From assembly GCA_964500505.1 (NCBI GenBank), contig CAZCNN010000001.1, positions 131,826-195,825 on the forward strand: a stretch of 64,000 nucleotides of DNA, in the 5' to 3' direction. The DNA comes from an uncultured Bdellovibrionales bacterium (GTDB taxonomy: Bacteria; Patescibacteriota; Minisyncoccia; Moranbacterales; UBA1568). The notes beneath the pieces were generated by a model that saw only the letters and a program-made list of their open reading frames with translations, was not told the origin of the DNA and made no database searches. The position numbers and the translations under genes were made by a program. This document shows positions 38,383 to 48,836 of the stretch, piece by piece (position 1 is the stretch's first letter; the number at the start of each line of letters is the position of its first letter).

Positions 38383-39384
38383 TTATTTTCCACCTGAAAG
38401 GAGTTCGTTCAGACGTCGTTTGTATTCTTCGATCGTCGGCTCATCCTTCTTCACTGGTTCCGGTGTGGCCGGCGCAATCGGCGTCGACTCGACAAAGCCA
38501 TTCATGACCGGGAGATCGGCGAGCTCGGTCGTCTCCTCTGCTTCATCATCTGGGAAATTGGTCTCAAACTGAAAAGGGAGCTCGGTCGCATCCATCCCTG
38601 GGAGCAGTCGCTCCGTAGTCACACTTTCCGTCTCCGCTTTAGCCGGCGTCTCGGGTGTCTCTCCCCGTGTTTTGGGAGCGGACTCAAATGTCATCACCGG
38701 ACGCTCCGGGACAAATTTCTGAGGATCGATATATGGGACACTCGCCCCGACTGGAAACTCAGGCGTCCGTCCTAGATCCCGACCAAAAAGAGTCGGGAGG
38801 AGCGACAGAAGCATAAAGAAAAGAGTGGTCAAAAAAAGCGCACTCCCGAGGCTCGTCACGACATACCGTATCGGCTCCCCGACAACCGTCTTGATGATTG
38901 GTTCATCAACGACGCGGAGATCGATATCGGTCTTCACATTATAATAGAAAGCAGCCACCGCAAACAGGGCCCGCCCGGTCTCTTCTGAGAGACGCTTGGC
39001 CGATTCTGGTGACGCTTCGCGCGCGGTCACGACGAGTACGCCACTTTGAGCGCTACGATTGACGGTCACCATCTCGTTCCAGGCAGCTTTACGCTCATCC
39101 TTGGTATACCCTTCGAAATGATCATCAATGAGATCATTGCCAGCGAGCACTCGCTCATAGAACGACAAATTGCGTGAAAGCTCGGTAAAGTTCTCAACCA
39201 CCTGATCGGTTGCGACCGTAGGCACTTTGCCAATGACGAGGATACGCATCTCTGACTGATACACCCGGTAATCATCCAGCCAAAAGAGAAGCGACGCGAG
39301 GGTGACAAAAAAAAGCGCCACAAAAAAAGAGCGACGCCAGGACGCATGAATCGGAATAAAATTAGCGACCTTGAGATTTGACAT
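38383..39384 (-). CDS. Wzz/polysaccharide co-polymerase-like protein with acidic tail
   Basis: Two TM helices flanking a Y.SEMRILV domain; similar layout to 53413-54075. Confidence 0.6.
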   Translation of the reverse strand: MSNLKVANFIPIHASWRRSFFVALFFVTLASLLFWLDDYRVYQSEMRILVIGKVPTVATDQVVENFTELSRNLSFYERVLAGNDLIDDHFEGYTKDERKAAWNEMVTVNRSAQSGVLVVTAREASPESAKRLSEETGRALFAVAAFYYNVKTDIDLRVVDEPIIKTVVGEPIRYVVTSLGSALFLTTLFFMLLSLLPTLFGRDLGRTPEFPVGASVPYIDPQKFVPERPVMTFESAPKTRGETPETPAKAETESVTTERLLPGMDATELPFQFETNFPDDEAEETTELADLPVMNGFVESTPIAPATPEPVKKDEPTIEEYKRRLNELLSGGK

Positions 39385-40525
39385 AGTGTTCATTCAAATT
39401 GCCTCCCGTCACATCGCGGTACACTTCGATCGTTTTCTTGGCCACGGCTTCCCAGCTGTAGTGCTCACGGACTCGCTCCTGAGCGGCCCGACCGAGGACA
39501 GCTACTTCGTCACTTTTGTTGATGAAATAGGCCAATTCTTTTTTGAGCCCTTCAATATCTTTGACCGGGAAGTAAGCGCCGGTATTGGCTACAGCCTCTT
39601 TGTGTGGTTCGATATCACTCACAAGTGGCAGGAGTCCATGTCCCATCGCCTCAAGGAGAGCGAGTGACAATCCTTCTTGTTCAGATGGCTGGACGTAGAG
39701 GTAGGCATGCGAATAGAGTGATTCCATCGCCTGTCCTGTCCGCTCACCGGCCATGATGATATTGGAGCGTCCCTCTGCCAAGTGCTTGAGAAACTTTTCG
39801 TACTCTTCAGTATCAGCATGTGTCCCCACGATCACCAACTTAAAGTTGTTGGGGATACGATTGGTGTCCTCCAGTTCCTTAAAGGCCTTGATGAGATAGT
39901 GTGTCCCTTTGTGTGGGACGAGCCGATGCACCGCGAGGAGATAGCGCTTGGAACGAAGCCCGAGCTCGGCAAGTACGGTTGTATCTGATTCAAAAGCTAC
40001 TTCAGCCCCACTCGGGATAAAGGCCACCGTGCGACCATAGGTCGATTTGGCATAGTCGATGAGGGTCTCACTTGAGACGATGGTACGCTCCGGCACCGTA
40101 CACGTGATGTATTCGGCCATATGGAGAAACGTACGCGCCATCCATCCCCACTTCTTGTGGGTATAATCTCGACTGTGAAACGTCGCGACGACGCGACACT
40201 TGGGCTTCAAGAGCCGTGGGATGATGGAGAGGATGCTCGGCCCAATCGACTGATAGTGGATCACATCATACTCCGCAAAGAGAGCATGGAGCGTCGCAAA
40301 CAGTGTATGTGAGATAGCATCGAGATGCTTGGTGTGGATACTCGGGACATGCACGAGCTTCACCCCCTGAAAGGTCTCGAGTGTCGCCGGGGTATAGTGT
40401 GAACGGACATAGACCGTCACCTCATGACCCTCAGCCACGAGACGTGTAGAGAGTTTCTCGACGTGCTTCTCCACCCCGCCCGCGATGGCAGGGATTCCCT
40501 TCTGGCCGATGAATGCAATTTTCAT
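39362..40525 (-). CDS. Glycosyltransferase family 4
   Basis: IGQKGIPAIAGGVE, RLVPHKG, EGLSLALLEAM. Confidence 0.93.
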   Translation of the reverse strand: MKIAFIGQKGIPAIAGGVEKHVEKLSTRLVAEGHEVTVYVRSHYTPATLETFQGVKLVHVPSIHTKHLDAISHTLFATLHALFAEYDVIHYQSIGPSILSIIPRLLKPKCRVVATFHSRDYTHKKWGWMARTFLHMAEYITCTVPERTIVSSETLIDYAKSTYGRTVAFIPSGAEVAFESDTTVLAELGLRSKRYLLAVHRLVPHKGTHYLIKAFKELEDTNRIPNNFKLVIVGTHADTEEYEKFLKHLAEGRSNIIMAGERTGQAMESLYSHAYLYVQPSEQEGLSLALLEAMGHGLLPLVSDIEPHKEAVANTGAYFPVKDIEGLKKELAYFINKSDEVAVLGRAAQERVREHYSWEAVAKKTIEVYRDVTGGNLNEHYVKSQGR

Positions 40526-40561
40526 ACTCAAACGGTCATGAGAGACGAGTCTCTCGGTGGG

Positions 40562-41518
40562 TTAGAAACCACGAAGTACCGGTGAAGTGCTGCCGACACG
40601 ATTGGTATCGATGCGATTGTCATTGACCCCTGTACCGAGAATAATACCACCGAATGACTTGTAGCCGTTAGCAGTACGAGCGACACGAGCGATACCGTAG
40701 CGTCCATTGCCTACCAACTGGGCCTTCTTCAAGCCCACGTTACCGGCGGCACCATACGAGTTCACTTCGACACCCTCACGGGCGTTGTTGCGGATACTGT
40801 TGGATTTGGACCAGACCGAAGCGCCATCGAGGACCACCTTGATACCAGATCCACCGTTACTGTTGATGCGGTTGTCTTCGAGCCATGCCTCCATGCTGGC
40901 AGCCAGGTCGAGACCATCGCTCTTGTTGTTATGGATATTGCTATTGATAACGACGATATCACGCTTCTCAGAGTAGATACCGGCGCGAGCACTATCTCGC
41001 ACTTCAACGCTGTCGATCAGGGCTCGGTGCTTCTTATCACGAGGAGCCGAGTCGATATGGATACCATCACGGCCACTCTTCTTGATGGTCACCTTGTAGA
41101 TCTTGGCCTTGGCATCCTCGAGGACACGCACGCCATGACGACCACCCTCAATCGTGAGGAAGTTGAGTTCCGTCTGATGCTTCATAGTCACCGTCGGTTT
41201 GTCGCCGTTGTCAGACTTGATCACGACATCACCGATATCTTTCTTCTTCCCAAAAAGCTTCACGCCCTTGGGGATGGTGATGTTTTCTTTGTACGTTCCC
41301 TTGGAAATATGAACGTTCGTTCCTTCCTTGGCGTTCTTGAGCGCTTTGGAGATACTGTGATATGGATGATTCGAGGTTCCCTCTTCGGAACCCTTGGCGT
41401 CCTTATCGACATAAACGTCTTTGGAGCCACCCAAAACAATCACCGGGACGGCGATCAATAGAGTCAGTGCGGTACCGAGTAAAACCTCTCGGGAAAGCCA
41501 AAAGTTACGAGTTTGCAT
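40562..41518 (-). CDS. Secreted right-handed beta-helix protein (DUF1565-like N-terminus)
   Basis: VYVD..GTSNHPYHSISKAL..GTYKE; repeated N..DG[IL] beta-helix turns. Confidence 0.85.
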   Translation of the reverse strand: MQTRNFWLSREVLLGTALTLLIAVPVIVLGGSKDVYVDKDAKGSEEGTSNHPYHSISKALKNAKEGTNVHISKGTYKENITIPKGVKLFGKKKDIGDVVIKSDNGDKPTVTMKHQTELNFLTIEGGRHGVRVLEDAKAKIYKVTIKKSGRDGIHIDSAPRDKKHRALIDSVEVRDSARAGIYSEKRDIVVINSNIHNNKSDGLDLAASMEAWLEDNRINSNGGSGIKVVLDGASVWSKSNSIRNNAREGVEVNSYGAAGNVGLKKAQLVGNGRYGIARVARTANGYKSFGGIILGTGVNDNRIDTNRVGSTSPVLRGF

Positions 41519-41549
41519 AGGGAGCCATGAGTCAATTTTTAGACCTTTT

Positions 41550-41578
41550 ATCTTAGCAAATTTTCGGCTTTTTGTCAA
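41550..41578 (-). promoter_or_regulatory. Sigma70-type promoter
   Basis: TTGACA-17bp-TAAGAT on the minus strand. Confidence 0.7.
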
Positions 41579-41634
41579 GGGTACGGTTTTGCGGTAAAAT
41601 AGAGACACAAAATAGCCTAAAACAAACACTCCGT

Positions 41635-43740
41635 ATGAATCTCCATCCTCTCTTTTCTCCGCGTTCTATCGCCGTCGTCGGTGCTTCGACCAAAGTCGGC
41701 AGTGTCGGCTCAAGTCTCACCAAGAACCTCCTCTCCTACGGCTACACCGGGCACATCTACCCCGTCAATCCCAAAACTGACCGTCTCTTTGATCTCCCCT
41801 GCTACCCCAGCCTCTCCGATATCAAGGAAGAAATCGATCTCGCCATCATCATCATCCCGGCTGCCCTCGTACCAGCCGTACTCCGGGAAGTCGGTGAAAA
41901 GGAAATCCCCGCAGCGGTCATCATCTCATCAGGATTCAAAGAGACCGGTGCCGACGGTACCACACTCGAGGATGAAGTTCGTGAGATCGCCGAAGAATAC
42001 AACATTGCCCTCCTCGGACCCAACTGTCTTGGCTTTCTCCATCCCGCGCTTGGTCTCAATGCCTCGTTTGCGAGTGGTATGCCCAAAGTGGGGGGTATCA
42101 CCTTCTTTTCCCAAAGTGGCGCCCTCTGTACAGCCCTCCTTGATCTCTCGGCGGGACGACTCGGATTCTCAGCCTTTGTGAGTGACGGCAACAAGGCCAT
42201 CCTCAGCGAAATAGAGTTCCTCGAGTACTTTGCCCAGGATGAAGAGACGAAAGTGCTCTCCTTCTACGCGGAGGGTATGCGCGATAGTGAACATATCATC
42301 GAGACTGGTCGCGCCATCCTCGCTCGCTCCGAGCCCAAGCCCGTAATCGCACTCAAGTCCGGCACCACCGATGCCGGGACCGCCGCCTCAAGCTCACATA
42401 CCGGGGCGCTTGCTGGGAGTAACGCTGCCTATGAAGCCCTCTTCCGTCAAGCTCGCATCATCCGCGCCGAGTCCCTCCAGTCACTGGCCAACCTCCTCAT
42501 GGTCTTTTCTCGCAATCCCCTCCCCGAGGGGAAACGGATTGGGATCATCACGAACGCCGGTGGTCTCGGCGTCCTCGCTACCGACATGGCCTCGCAGTGT
42601 GGCCTCACCCTCGCCACCCTCTCCGGAGAAACCGTCACCGCCCTTGACCCTCTCCCACCCTCGGCCTCGCGACACAACCCGGTCGATGTCTTGGGTGATG
42701 CTCCAGCCGACCGCTATCGTCTTGCCCTCGAGGCACTCGCCCGTGATCCCGAAGTCGACATGCTCCTCGTCATCATCACTCCCCAAACGACGACTGAGGT
42801 ACGTGACACGGCGCTGGCTATCGTCGATACCAAACATCATACCGAGAAACCGATCGTCGCTATCATGGCCGGCGCTGGCGCCTTTGCCGAAGGGATAGCG
42901 ATCCTCGATGAACACGAAGTAGCCGTCCTCACCTATCCCGAGGACGGGGCTCGTGCCCTTGGAGCGCTCGCTCAGGTCGCCAATTGGCGCACACACCAAC
43001 TCTCTACTCCGTTTGCCTGGAGTGATATCGACCGAACCAGCGCGCAGAAGATTATCAAACAGGTGAGGGCTGATGGACGGACCACGCTCTACGAATCCGA
43101 AGTCTGGGACGTCCTCTCGGCCTATGGGTTTCAGTTCCTCCGAAGTGCTACGGTACACAGTGCCGACGAGGCCAAAGCGGCGAGCCGGGATTTCACTGGT
43201 CCGGTCGCCCTCAAAATAGTCTCCCCCGATATCAGTCACAAGTCTGATGCTGGTGGTGTCATGCTCAATGTCAAACCAGAAGAGGCTGGGGAGCAGTATG
43301 ACGCGCTCCTCGCCCGAGTGGCCGAACATGTGCCCGAGGCCAAACTCGAGGGCGCGCTCATGGTCGAGATGGCCGAGACCGGTGGTCGTGAGATTATCCT
43401 CGGGATGAAAGAAGAGCCAGGACTCGGCCAGCTCCTTATGGTGGGACTCGGTGGTATCTATGTCGAGACCTTTCATGATGTGGCGTTCCGCTTTGCTCCA
43501 CTCACCGAAGAAGACGCCCGTGAGATGTTGAGTGAGCTTGAGAGTCTCCCGCTCCTCACTGGTACTCGGGGGCAGGCTGGCATCGATATGGACACGCTTC
43601 TCGGTGCCATCGGCCGGCTCTCACTCCTTGTCCGCGACTTCCCAGAAATTGCCGAACTCGATATCAATCCCCTCCTCGCTTTCCCCGAGGCCTCGCGTTT
43701 CCGGGTCCTCGATGCCCGCATCCGATTGAAAGAAAGCTAG
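41635..43740 (+). CDS. ADP-forming acetate--CoA ligase, fused alpha/beta
   Basis: SIAVVGAS, GPNCLG, SQSGA, SHTGALAG active His, HKSDAGGV, ELDINP. Confidence 0.93.
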   Translation: MNLHPLFSPRSIAVVGASTKVGSVGSSLTKNLLSYGYTGHIYPVNPKTDRLFDLPCYPSLSDIKEEIDLAIIIIPAALVPAVLREVGEKEIPAAVIISSGFKETGADGTTLEDEVREIAEEYNIALLGPNCLGFLHPALGLNASFASGMPKVGGITFFSQSGALCTALLDLSAGRLGFSAFVSDGNKAILSEIEFLEYFAQDEETKVLSFYAEGMRDSEHIIETGRAILARSEPKPVIALKSGTTDAGTAASSSHTGALAGSNAAYEALFRQARIIRAESLQSLANLLMVFSRNPLPEGKRIGIITNAGGLGVLATDMASQCGLTLATLSGETVTALDPLPPSASRHNPVDVLGDAPADRYRLALEALARDPEVDMLLVIITPQTTTEVRDTALAIVDTKHHTEKPIVAIMAGAGAFAEGIAILDEHEVAVLTYPEDGARALGALAQVANWRTHQLSTPFAWSDIDRTSAQKIIKQVRADGRTTLYESEVWDVLSAYGFQFLRSATVHSADEAKAASRDFTGPVALKIVSPDISHKSDAGGVMLNVKPEEAGEQYDALLARVAEHVPEAKLEGALMVEMAETGGREIILGMKEEPGLGQLLMVGLGGIYVETFHDVAFRFAPLTEEDAREMLSELESLPLLTGTRGQAGIDMDTLLGAIGRLSLLVRDFPEIAELDINPLLAFPEASRFRVLDARIRLKES

Positions 43741-43746
43741 GTAAAG

Positions 43747-43780
43747 AAAAAAGCAGCCGCCCGCGAATGCGGTGACTGCT
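43747..43780 (-). terminator. Intrinsic terminator of the 43801-44304 gene
   Basis: AGCAGTCACCGC...GCGGGCGGCTGCT followed by a U tract. Confidence 0.65.
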
Positions 43781-43800
43781 CGAAGGTTCCGGTCAGATGC

Positions 43801-44304
43801 TCATGTACGGAGACCAGGGTCATCCGTGCGACGAAGGATTGACTCTCGCCGGCGCTTGAAATGCTCGGACGAAAATCGTTCGACAAACACCAAGAGATCG
43901 TCGACCGAATCGAAGACCCCGATTCTTTGGAGACCTTTGTCTCCAGCCCACAGCCGGTCCGAGAAACACTCAGCCCTGAAATACGGGTCCGTCTTCTCAC
44001 CCGTCTTAGAATTTCTGAGCTGAAGGACCATTGCCTCACACTTGGCGGGCTCCACGTAGCGGGTCCCGTCCTGCATGGGGTGCATGTACTCGCCCACCTG
44101 CTGTTCGAGCACCCACATGATGGCCCGAGCACGGACAGATTCTTCCCGTGAGGGACGCACCACTTCTACGGGGATGAAACGATCCCCAGCTACGGCATTC
44201 TTGGGCACGTAGACGACAGAAAATTCGCCCTCGCCCGCAAACGCAGCCGTCACGGTCAACAGGTAACCCAGCAACAAGGACCAGAAAATTTTCAACGCGG
44301 TCAT
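43801..44304 (-). CDS. Orphan secreted protein
   Basis: Signal peptide ending AFA; purine-rich SD; own terminator. Confidence 0.65.
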   Translation of the reverse strand: MTALKIFWSLLLGYLLTVTAAFAGEGEFSVVYVPKNAVAGDRFIPVEVVRPSREESVRARAIMWVLEQQVGEYMHPMQDGTRYVEPAKCEAMVLQLRNSKTGEKTDPYFRAECFSDRLWAGDKGLQRIGVFDSVDDLLVFVERFSSEHFKRRRESILRRTDDPGLRT

Positions 44305-44346
44305 TACTCCCCCTCAGGGTGGTTGGAAATGTTAAACAGCTACAAT

Positions 44347-45348
44347 CTAGACTCGGTTCCATTTTACGAACCGAGCGACGTTCATGTCAAACCAAGAGGT
44401 CCGAATGACGGGCTCATGAACGTATTTCTCCTTGAGATAGGCATGGGTTTTTTCCAGTCCGACCTCAAGCGAGGTCATCGGGTAGTACCCAAATTCTTCG
44501 CTCGCCCGACTGATGTCAAGCACGATTTTTTGTACGTCAAAAGGACGCTTTTCCAAGCGTTTCATGCGAGGCATCGACTGGGTCGTTTTGGCGAGCATGA
44601 GGACGAGCTCAAAGAGCGCCACGCCCCGGCCACTCCCCACATTGTAGGTTGAGTTCTTGTGCTTCTCGGCAAAGTTGTCCGCCATAAAGCCGGTCACATC
44701 TTTGACGTAGACATAGTCACGCACCGTGTTGCCATAGAGTTCAATGAGCTCATTCTTCATCATGTGCTTCATGAAGATCGGGATCGCCCCTTGGATACCA
44801 TTCGGATCCTGGCGTTCACCGTAGGGATTGGCGATACGGTAGATGACGAAGGAGAGACCGTACTGACGTCGGTAAAAATGCAGGTGTTCTTCGATGGCGA
44901 GCTTGGTCACCGCATAGGGCGACATCGGACGAGCCTGAGTCGTTTCACTCGCCACTTCATCAAGGGCATTGCCATAGACCGCACCACCCGAAGACGGATA
45001 GATGATTTTCTTGATATTATGTTTCACACACAAGTCGAGGAGCTGGAGGGTTCCTTCGAGGTTCAGTTTGATTTCACGCTGCGGATCATTGGCGGTCGAG
45101 GCGGGGGTACTCAGTGACACAAAGTGAAAGACATAGTCCATGCCCTTGAGGGCTCGGGACAGGTGGCGTTTGTTCAAGAAGTCACCTTTCTGGAATTCAA
45201 TAATCCCCTTCAAATGGTTGAGGTTCTTGATGCGACCCTTGTGGAAACGGTCAAAGACCCGCACCTCATACCCGCGGGCGAGGAGGTCGTCGACGAGGTG
45301 AGAGCCGAGAAAGCCGTCACCACCAAGTACCACACATTTCTTTCCCAT
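44347..45348 (-). CDS. NAD-dependent epimerase/dehydratase
   Basis: GGDGFLGS, SSGGAVYG, YAVTK (YxxxK), NPYG, RDYVYV. Confidence 0.93.
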   Translation of the reverse strand: MGKKCVVLGGDGFLGSHLVDDLLARGYEVRVFDRFHKGRIKNLNHLKGIIEFQKGDFLNKRHLSRALKGMDYVFHFVSLSTPASTANDPQREIKLNLEGTLQLLDLCVKHNIKKIIYPSSGGAVYGNALDEVASETTQARPMSPYAVTKLAIEEHLHFYRRQYGLSFVIYRIANPYGERQDPNGIQGAIPIFMKHMMKNELIELYGNTVRDYVYVKDVTGFMADNFAEKHKNSTYNVGSGRGVALFELVLMLAKTTQSMPRMKRLEKRPFDVQKIVLDISRASEEFGYYPMTSLEVGLEKTHAYLKEKYVHEPVIRTSWFDMNVARFVKWNRV

Positions 45349-45378
45349 AAGAAAAGACCCATTTACTGATAACGGGTC

Positions 45379-45407
45379 ATATTACACTATTTTTGCCATT
45401 CTGTCAA
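45379..45407 (-). promoter_or_regulatory. Sigma70-type promoter
   Basis: TTGACA-17bp-TAATAT. Confidence 0.7.
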
Positions 45408-45421
45408 GGGGTACTGAATGG

Positions 45422-46648
45422 CTATTTTTTGGCTCTAGTAAGGGAAGAATAGAGACTGGTGATGGCCGAGAGGTAGGTCGCCTGGTCAAGCGCCATGACG
45501 CTCTCCCGGGCGTTTTTCTGGAGTTCTGGGAGTGATACAGTGTCAAGCGCTCGAATCCTGTCCGCCAAATCATGGGCATCCCCTGGCGTAAAGAGAAATC
45601 CATTGTACCCGTCCTGTACTCGCTCTGGAAGTGACCCCACACGAGCCGCGATCACGGGCGTCCCAGAGGCGAGGGTTTCGAGGAGTGCATACGGCGTGTT
45701 CTCATACCACTCGGACGGGACGACGACCGCTCGGGCTGGGAGGAGTATCTTTTGCAGATCATCGCCATACACCGGGCCGAGGAACTTCACTTTGTCGGAG
45801 AGAGCCAGTGTAGATGTGAGTGACTTCAGTCGTTCTTCTTCTGGCCCAAAGCCGACGATCGAGAGGGTCTCGCCATCATGGAGTTCGGCAAACGCCCGGA
45901 TGAGTGTCCCTATCCCCTTTTCAGCTGAGAGTCGTCCGAAATAGAGAAAATTCTTGTCAGGCTTGTCTGGAAGTGGCTCCGTGAGATCAGGAAGTGGGAC
46001 GAGAGGCTGCGGGAGGAGCTGGATATCATAAGGGAAGCCCAGGCGCTTGTAGGTATCGATGAGGAATTGGCTGAGCCCGATATAAGCCCCTACCTGGCCA
46101 TAGGTACCGAGGAGTCGATGGAGCCATTGCTCAACGGCACACACGAGACTCTTGCCATACGAATCTTTGACACAACGATCGACGAGACAGCGGAAGCCTG
46201 ACGCATGCTCCCAAATCTGACCCCGTACAAACAGGCTATAGTTCGGTGAGGCAAGTTTGTAGTCACAAAGCGTCATCACAATCGGGACCCCTTTCTTCTT
46301 GAGGGCCCAGATGATGGAGGGTGAGAGCTGGTGATAGGTAACAAAGAGGTGAGCGACGTCAGGTTTGTACTCATCGATGAGGGCCTCGAGGTTACGCTTG
46401 GCCTCGGGATTCCAGATGATGTTGCGCGCCACGATGAGCTTGTCCCAGAGTGACAACTGATTCGCCTCTTCGTAGTCCACCTGCTTCACAAAGTATCGAC
46501 TCCACTCGGTCGGCTCATTTTTGGGATGAGCCATGGCAAAAAACGCGACCTCGTGACCCTCCGCCCGGAGGAGTTTGGCCGTATCAAAATACAAACGCTG
46601 CGGACCAGCGTACTGGCGATGATATTTGTCGATGAGGAGGACGCGCAT
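45422..46648 (-). CDS. Glycosyltransferase family 4
   Basis: FGRLSAEKG, PSEWYENTPYALLE. Start moved to ATG 46648. Confidence 0.92.
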   Translation of the reverse strand: MRVLLIDKYHRQYAGPQRLYFDTAKLLRAEGHEVAFFAMAHPKNEPTEWSRYFVKQVDYEEANQLSLWDKLIVARNIIWNPEAKRNLEALIDEYKPDVAHLFVTYHQLSPSIIWALKKKGVPIVMTLCDYKLASPNYSLFVRGQIWEHASGFRCLVDRCVKDSYGKSLVCAVEQWLHRLLGTYGQVGAYIGLSQFLIDTYKRLGFPYDIQLLPQPLVPLPDLTEPLPDKPDKNFLYFGRLSAEKGIGTLIRAFAELHDGETLSIVGFGPEEERLKSLTSTLALSDKVKFLGPVYGDDLQKILLPARAVVVPSEWYENTPYALLETLASGTPVIAARVGSLPERVQDGYNGFLFTPGDAHDLADRIRALDTVSLPELQKNARESVMALDQATYLSAITSLYSSLTRAKK

Positions 46649-46705
46649 ATTTTGACTTTTTGGCTTAACAATGGCATTATACAATAAAGCATACCCAAAA
46701 ACAAT

Positions 46706-47365
46706 ATGTCGCTCATCGAAACTATTGCCTATCGTATCTCGGCTTCGAGTCGAGCCAAGAAGTTCTCGCAGTTTCTCACGCTCATGGCGCCACAACCCCA
46801 CGAATCCATCGTGGACGTCGGGGTCAACACCACTGAGTACTCAGATACCGACAACTATCTCGAAAAGTTTTACCAACATCCCGAAAAAATTACCGCGGTC
46901 GGCATGGGAAGCGATACCGAGGTAGCCAGTTTCCGCGCCCGCTATCCGCTTGTCACGACCGTCGCGGGTGATGGTCGGGCTCTTGCCTTTGCGGAGAATA
47001 GTTTTGATATGAGCTACTCCAACGCCGTCATCGAACACGTTGGCAACTTTGATGACCAACGTCGCTTCCTTGCCGAGCTCTACCGAGTCAGTCGACGGGG
47101 CTATCTCACCACGCCCAACCGTCATTTTCCGATCGAGCTCCATACCCGCATCCCGCTCCTTCACCTCCTCCTCTCCAAGAGGAACTTTGATCGCTTTGTC
47201 ACCTGGATCGGTAAAGGTTGGGCAGCTGGCGACTATATGTCTCTCCTCTCCGTATCCGACCTGCGACAGCTCCTCTCGGACGTCGGTATCACTCACTCTA
47301 CCCTCATCCCCAACCGCTTCTGTGGTCTCACTATGACCTATACCATCATCTGGCACAAAGACTAG
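46706..47365 (+). CDS. Class I SAM-dependent methyltransferase
   Basis: IVDVGV, GDGRALAF..NSFD, SNAVIEHV, TTPNRHFPIE.H. Confidence 0.88.
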   Translation: MSLIETIAYRISASSRAKKFSQFLTLMAPQPHESIVDVGVNTTEYSDTDNYLEKFYQHPEKITAVGMGSDTEVASFRARYPLVTTVAGDGRALAFAENSFDMSYSNAVIEHVGNFDDQRRFLAELYRVSRRGYLTTPNRHFPIELHTRIPLLHLLLSKRNFDRFVTWIGKGWAAGDYMSLLSVSDLRQLLSDVGITHSTLIPNRFCGLTMTYTIIWHKD

Positions 47366-47366
47366 T

Positions 47367-48722
47367 ATGCATTCACTCTCATCGATGAAAATCCTCCTCG
47401 GCCTCTCAGCCATCACCACCTTTGGGGCGATGCTCGGTCTCGTCGTCGGATTTTCACCCCTCCTCCCTGTGGTAGGAGCGGCCGGGATACTCGCTCTCTT
47501 TCTCCTGTTTCGGGCTCCTCTCATGCTCCTCTTTGCGCTCATCGTGGTCCGGATGTCACTCGACTATTCTTCACAGTATGTGAGCCTCACACTGTACCAG
47601 ATTACCCTCACGCTCTCTCAGCTCCTCGGTGTCGGTATCGCGTGCCTCGGATTCCTCATCATCATCCTCAAGCGTCAGTATCTCACTCGCTACCCACTCA
47701 ACGCACCCTTTCTCCTCCTCTTTATCTGGGGCGGTCTCACCCTCTCGTATAGTATCGCTCCCGGGACCACTCTCTCCGAACTCCTCCGCATCTTTGATCT
47801 CTTTGTCCTCGGCTTTCTCGCTTACGCCACGGTGCGCACAGCTGATGATTTCCGCCACCTCCTTCAGTCGTTCTTTGTCTCGAGTATCCTCCCTATTGGC
47901 TTTGGACTGTACCAATTTTTCTTTCACATCGGTCTCGCAGATGAGAATGTCTCCATCCTCCGCATCTTTGGCACCTTTAGTCACCCAAACGTCTACAGCC
48001 TCTACCTCTTTGCTCTCGTCGTCTTTGGGACACTCTACCTCACCCTCTTTGCCCGGACCATGTGGCAGCGTCTACTCATCCTCACGCTCCTCGGCCTCTT
48101 TACCCTCATGCTTCTCCTCACCTTTGCTCGGGTGGCCTGGATCGCACTCTTTCTCTTTGTCTTCTTGATCGCGCTCTTTCGCTATCGCCTGCTCCTCTTT
48201 CCGCTCTTTCTCTTCCCCTTTGTCCTCTTTGTCTTTTCGCAGAGTTTCCAGGCCCGCGTGAGCGAGAGTCTCCAGTCTGATCCAGATAGCTCGCTCCTCT
48301 GGCGCGTCACCCTCTGGCAAGACGTCACCCGCTACTCGGTCCAAGAAGAACACGCTCTCCTCGGGTCCGGTATGGATACCTTTCCTCGCGTCTCGGAGAG
48401 TCTCCGTGGTACCTCTCATGGTCCCAATGATCCGCACAATGATTTTGTGAAATTCTTTATCGAAGGTGGAGTGATCGGGATTGGAGTCCTTGTCCTCTAC
48501 CTCGGACTCATCGCTCGCCTCCATATCCGTGGTTACCGCATGAGTCGCGCTGGGAGCGGGCTCCAGATAGCATTTGGCATCATGCTCGTCTTTTTCCTCA
48601 CCCTCGAAGCCTCGGCCCTCACCGACAATATATTCAAAAACACCCCCGTCCAGTGGCTCTTCTTCACGGCCCTCGGCGCCCTTCTCGCCCTCTCCGAAGC
48701 CAAGAAAAAACTTGATCAATAG
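47367..48722 (+). CDS. O-antigen ligase / Wzy-like polymerase family protein
   Basis: Many TM helices; RIFGTFSHPN, TFARVAW, G.G and PHND motifs. Confidence 0.88.
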   Translation: MHSLSSMKILLGLSAITTFGAMLGLVVGFSPLLPVVGAAGILALFLLFRAPLMLLFALIVVRMSLDYSSQYVSLTLYQITLTLSQLLGVGIACLGFLIIILKRQYLTRYPLNAPFLLLFIWGGLTLSYSIAPGTTLSELLRIFDLFVLGFLAYATVRTADDFRHLLQSFFVSSILPIGFGLYQFFFHIGLADENVSILRIFGTFSHPNVYSLYLFALVVFGTLYLTLFARTMWQRLLILTLLGLFTLMLLLTFARVAWIALFLFVFLIALFRYRLLLFPLFLFPFVLFVFSQSFQARVSESLQSDPDSSLLWRVTLWQDVTRYSVQEEHALLGSGMDTFPRVSESLRGTSHGPNDPHNDFVKFFIEGGVIGIGVLVLYLGLIARLHIRGYRMSRAGSGLQIAFGIMLVFFLTLEASALTDNIFKNTPVQWLFFTALGALLALSEAKKKLDQ

Positions 48723-48791
48723 CCAGTTTTCTCTCTTTATCTTTTGTTTTTCAACTTTTCCCTGTATCTCCACCTATCTCCCATCTCTTTC

Positions 48792-48826
48792 GGCTCCCGA
48801 AATCGCGGTCGCGAATATACGAGCCA
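48792..48826. repeat. 35-bp quasi-palindromic site, copy 1 (upstream of the PaaX-like gene)
   Basis: GGCTCCCGAAATCGCG-GT-CGCGAATATACGAGCCA. Confidence 0.9.
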
Positions 48827-48836
48827 TCATGCATGT

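Noticed and set aside
46706-48722. Strong C/T-rich composition suggesting foreign DNA
   Set aside because: Explained by Leu/Phe-rich membrane protein codons and strand skew. The plus-strand acetate-CoA ligase gene shows the same C-rich bias.
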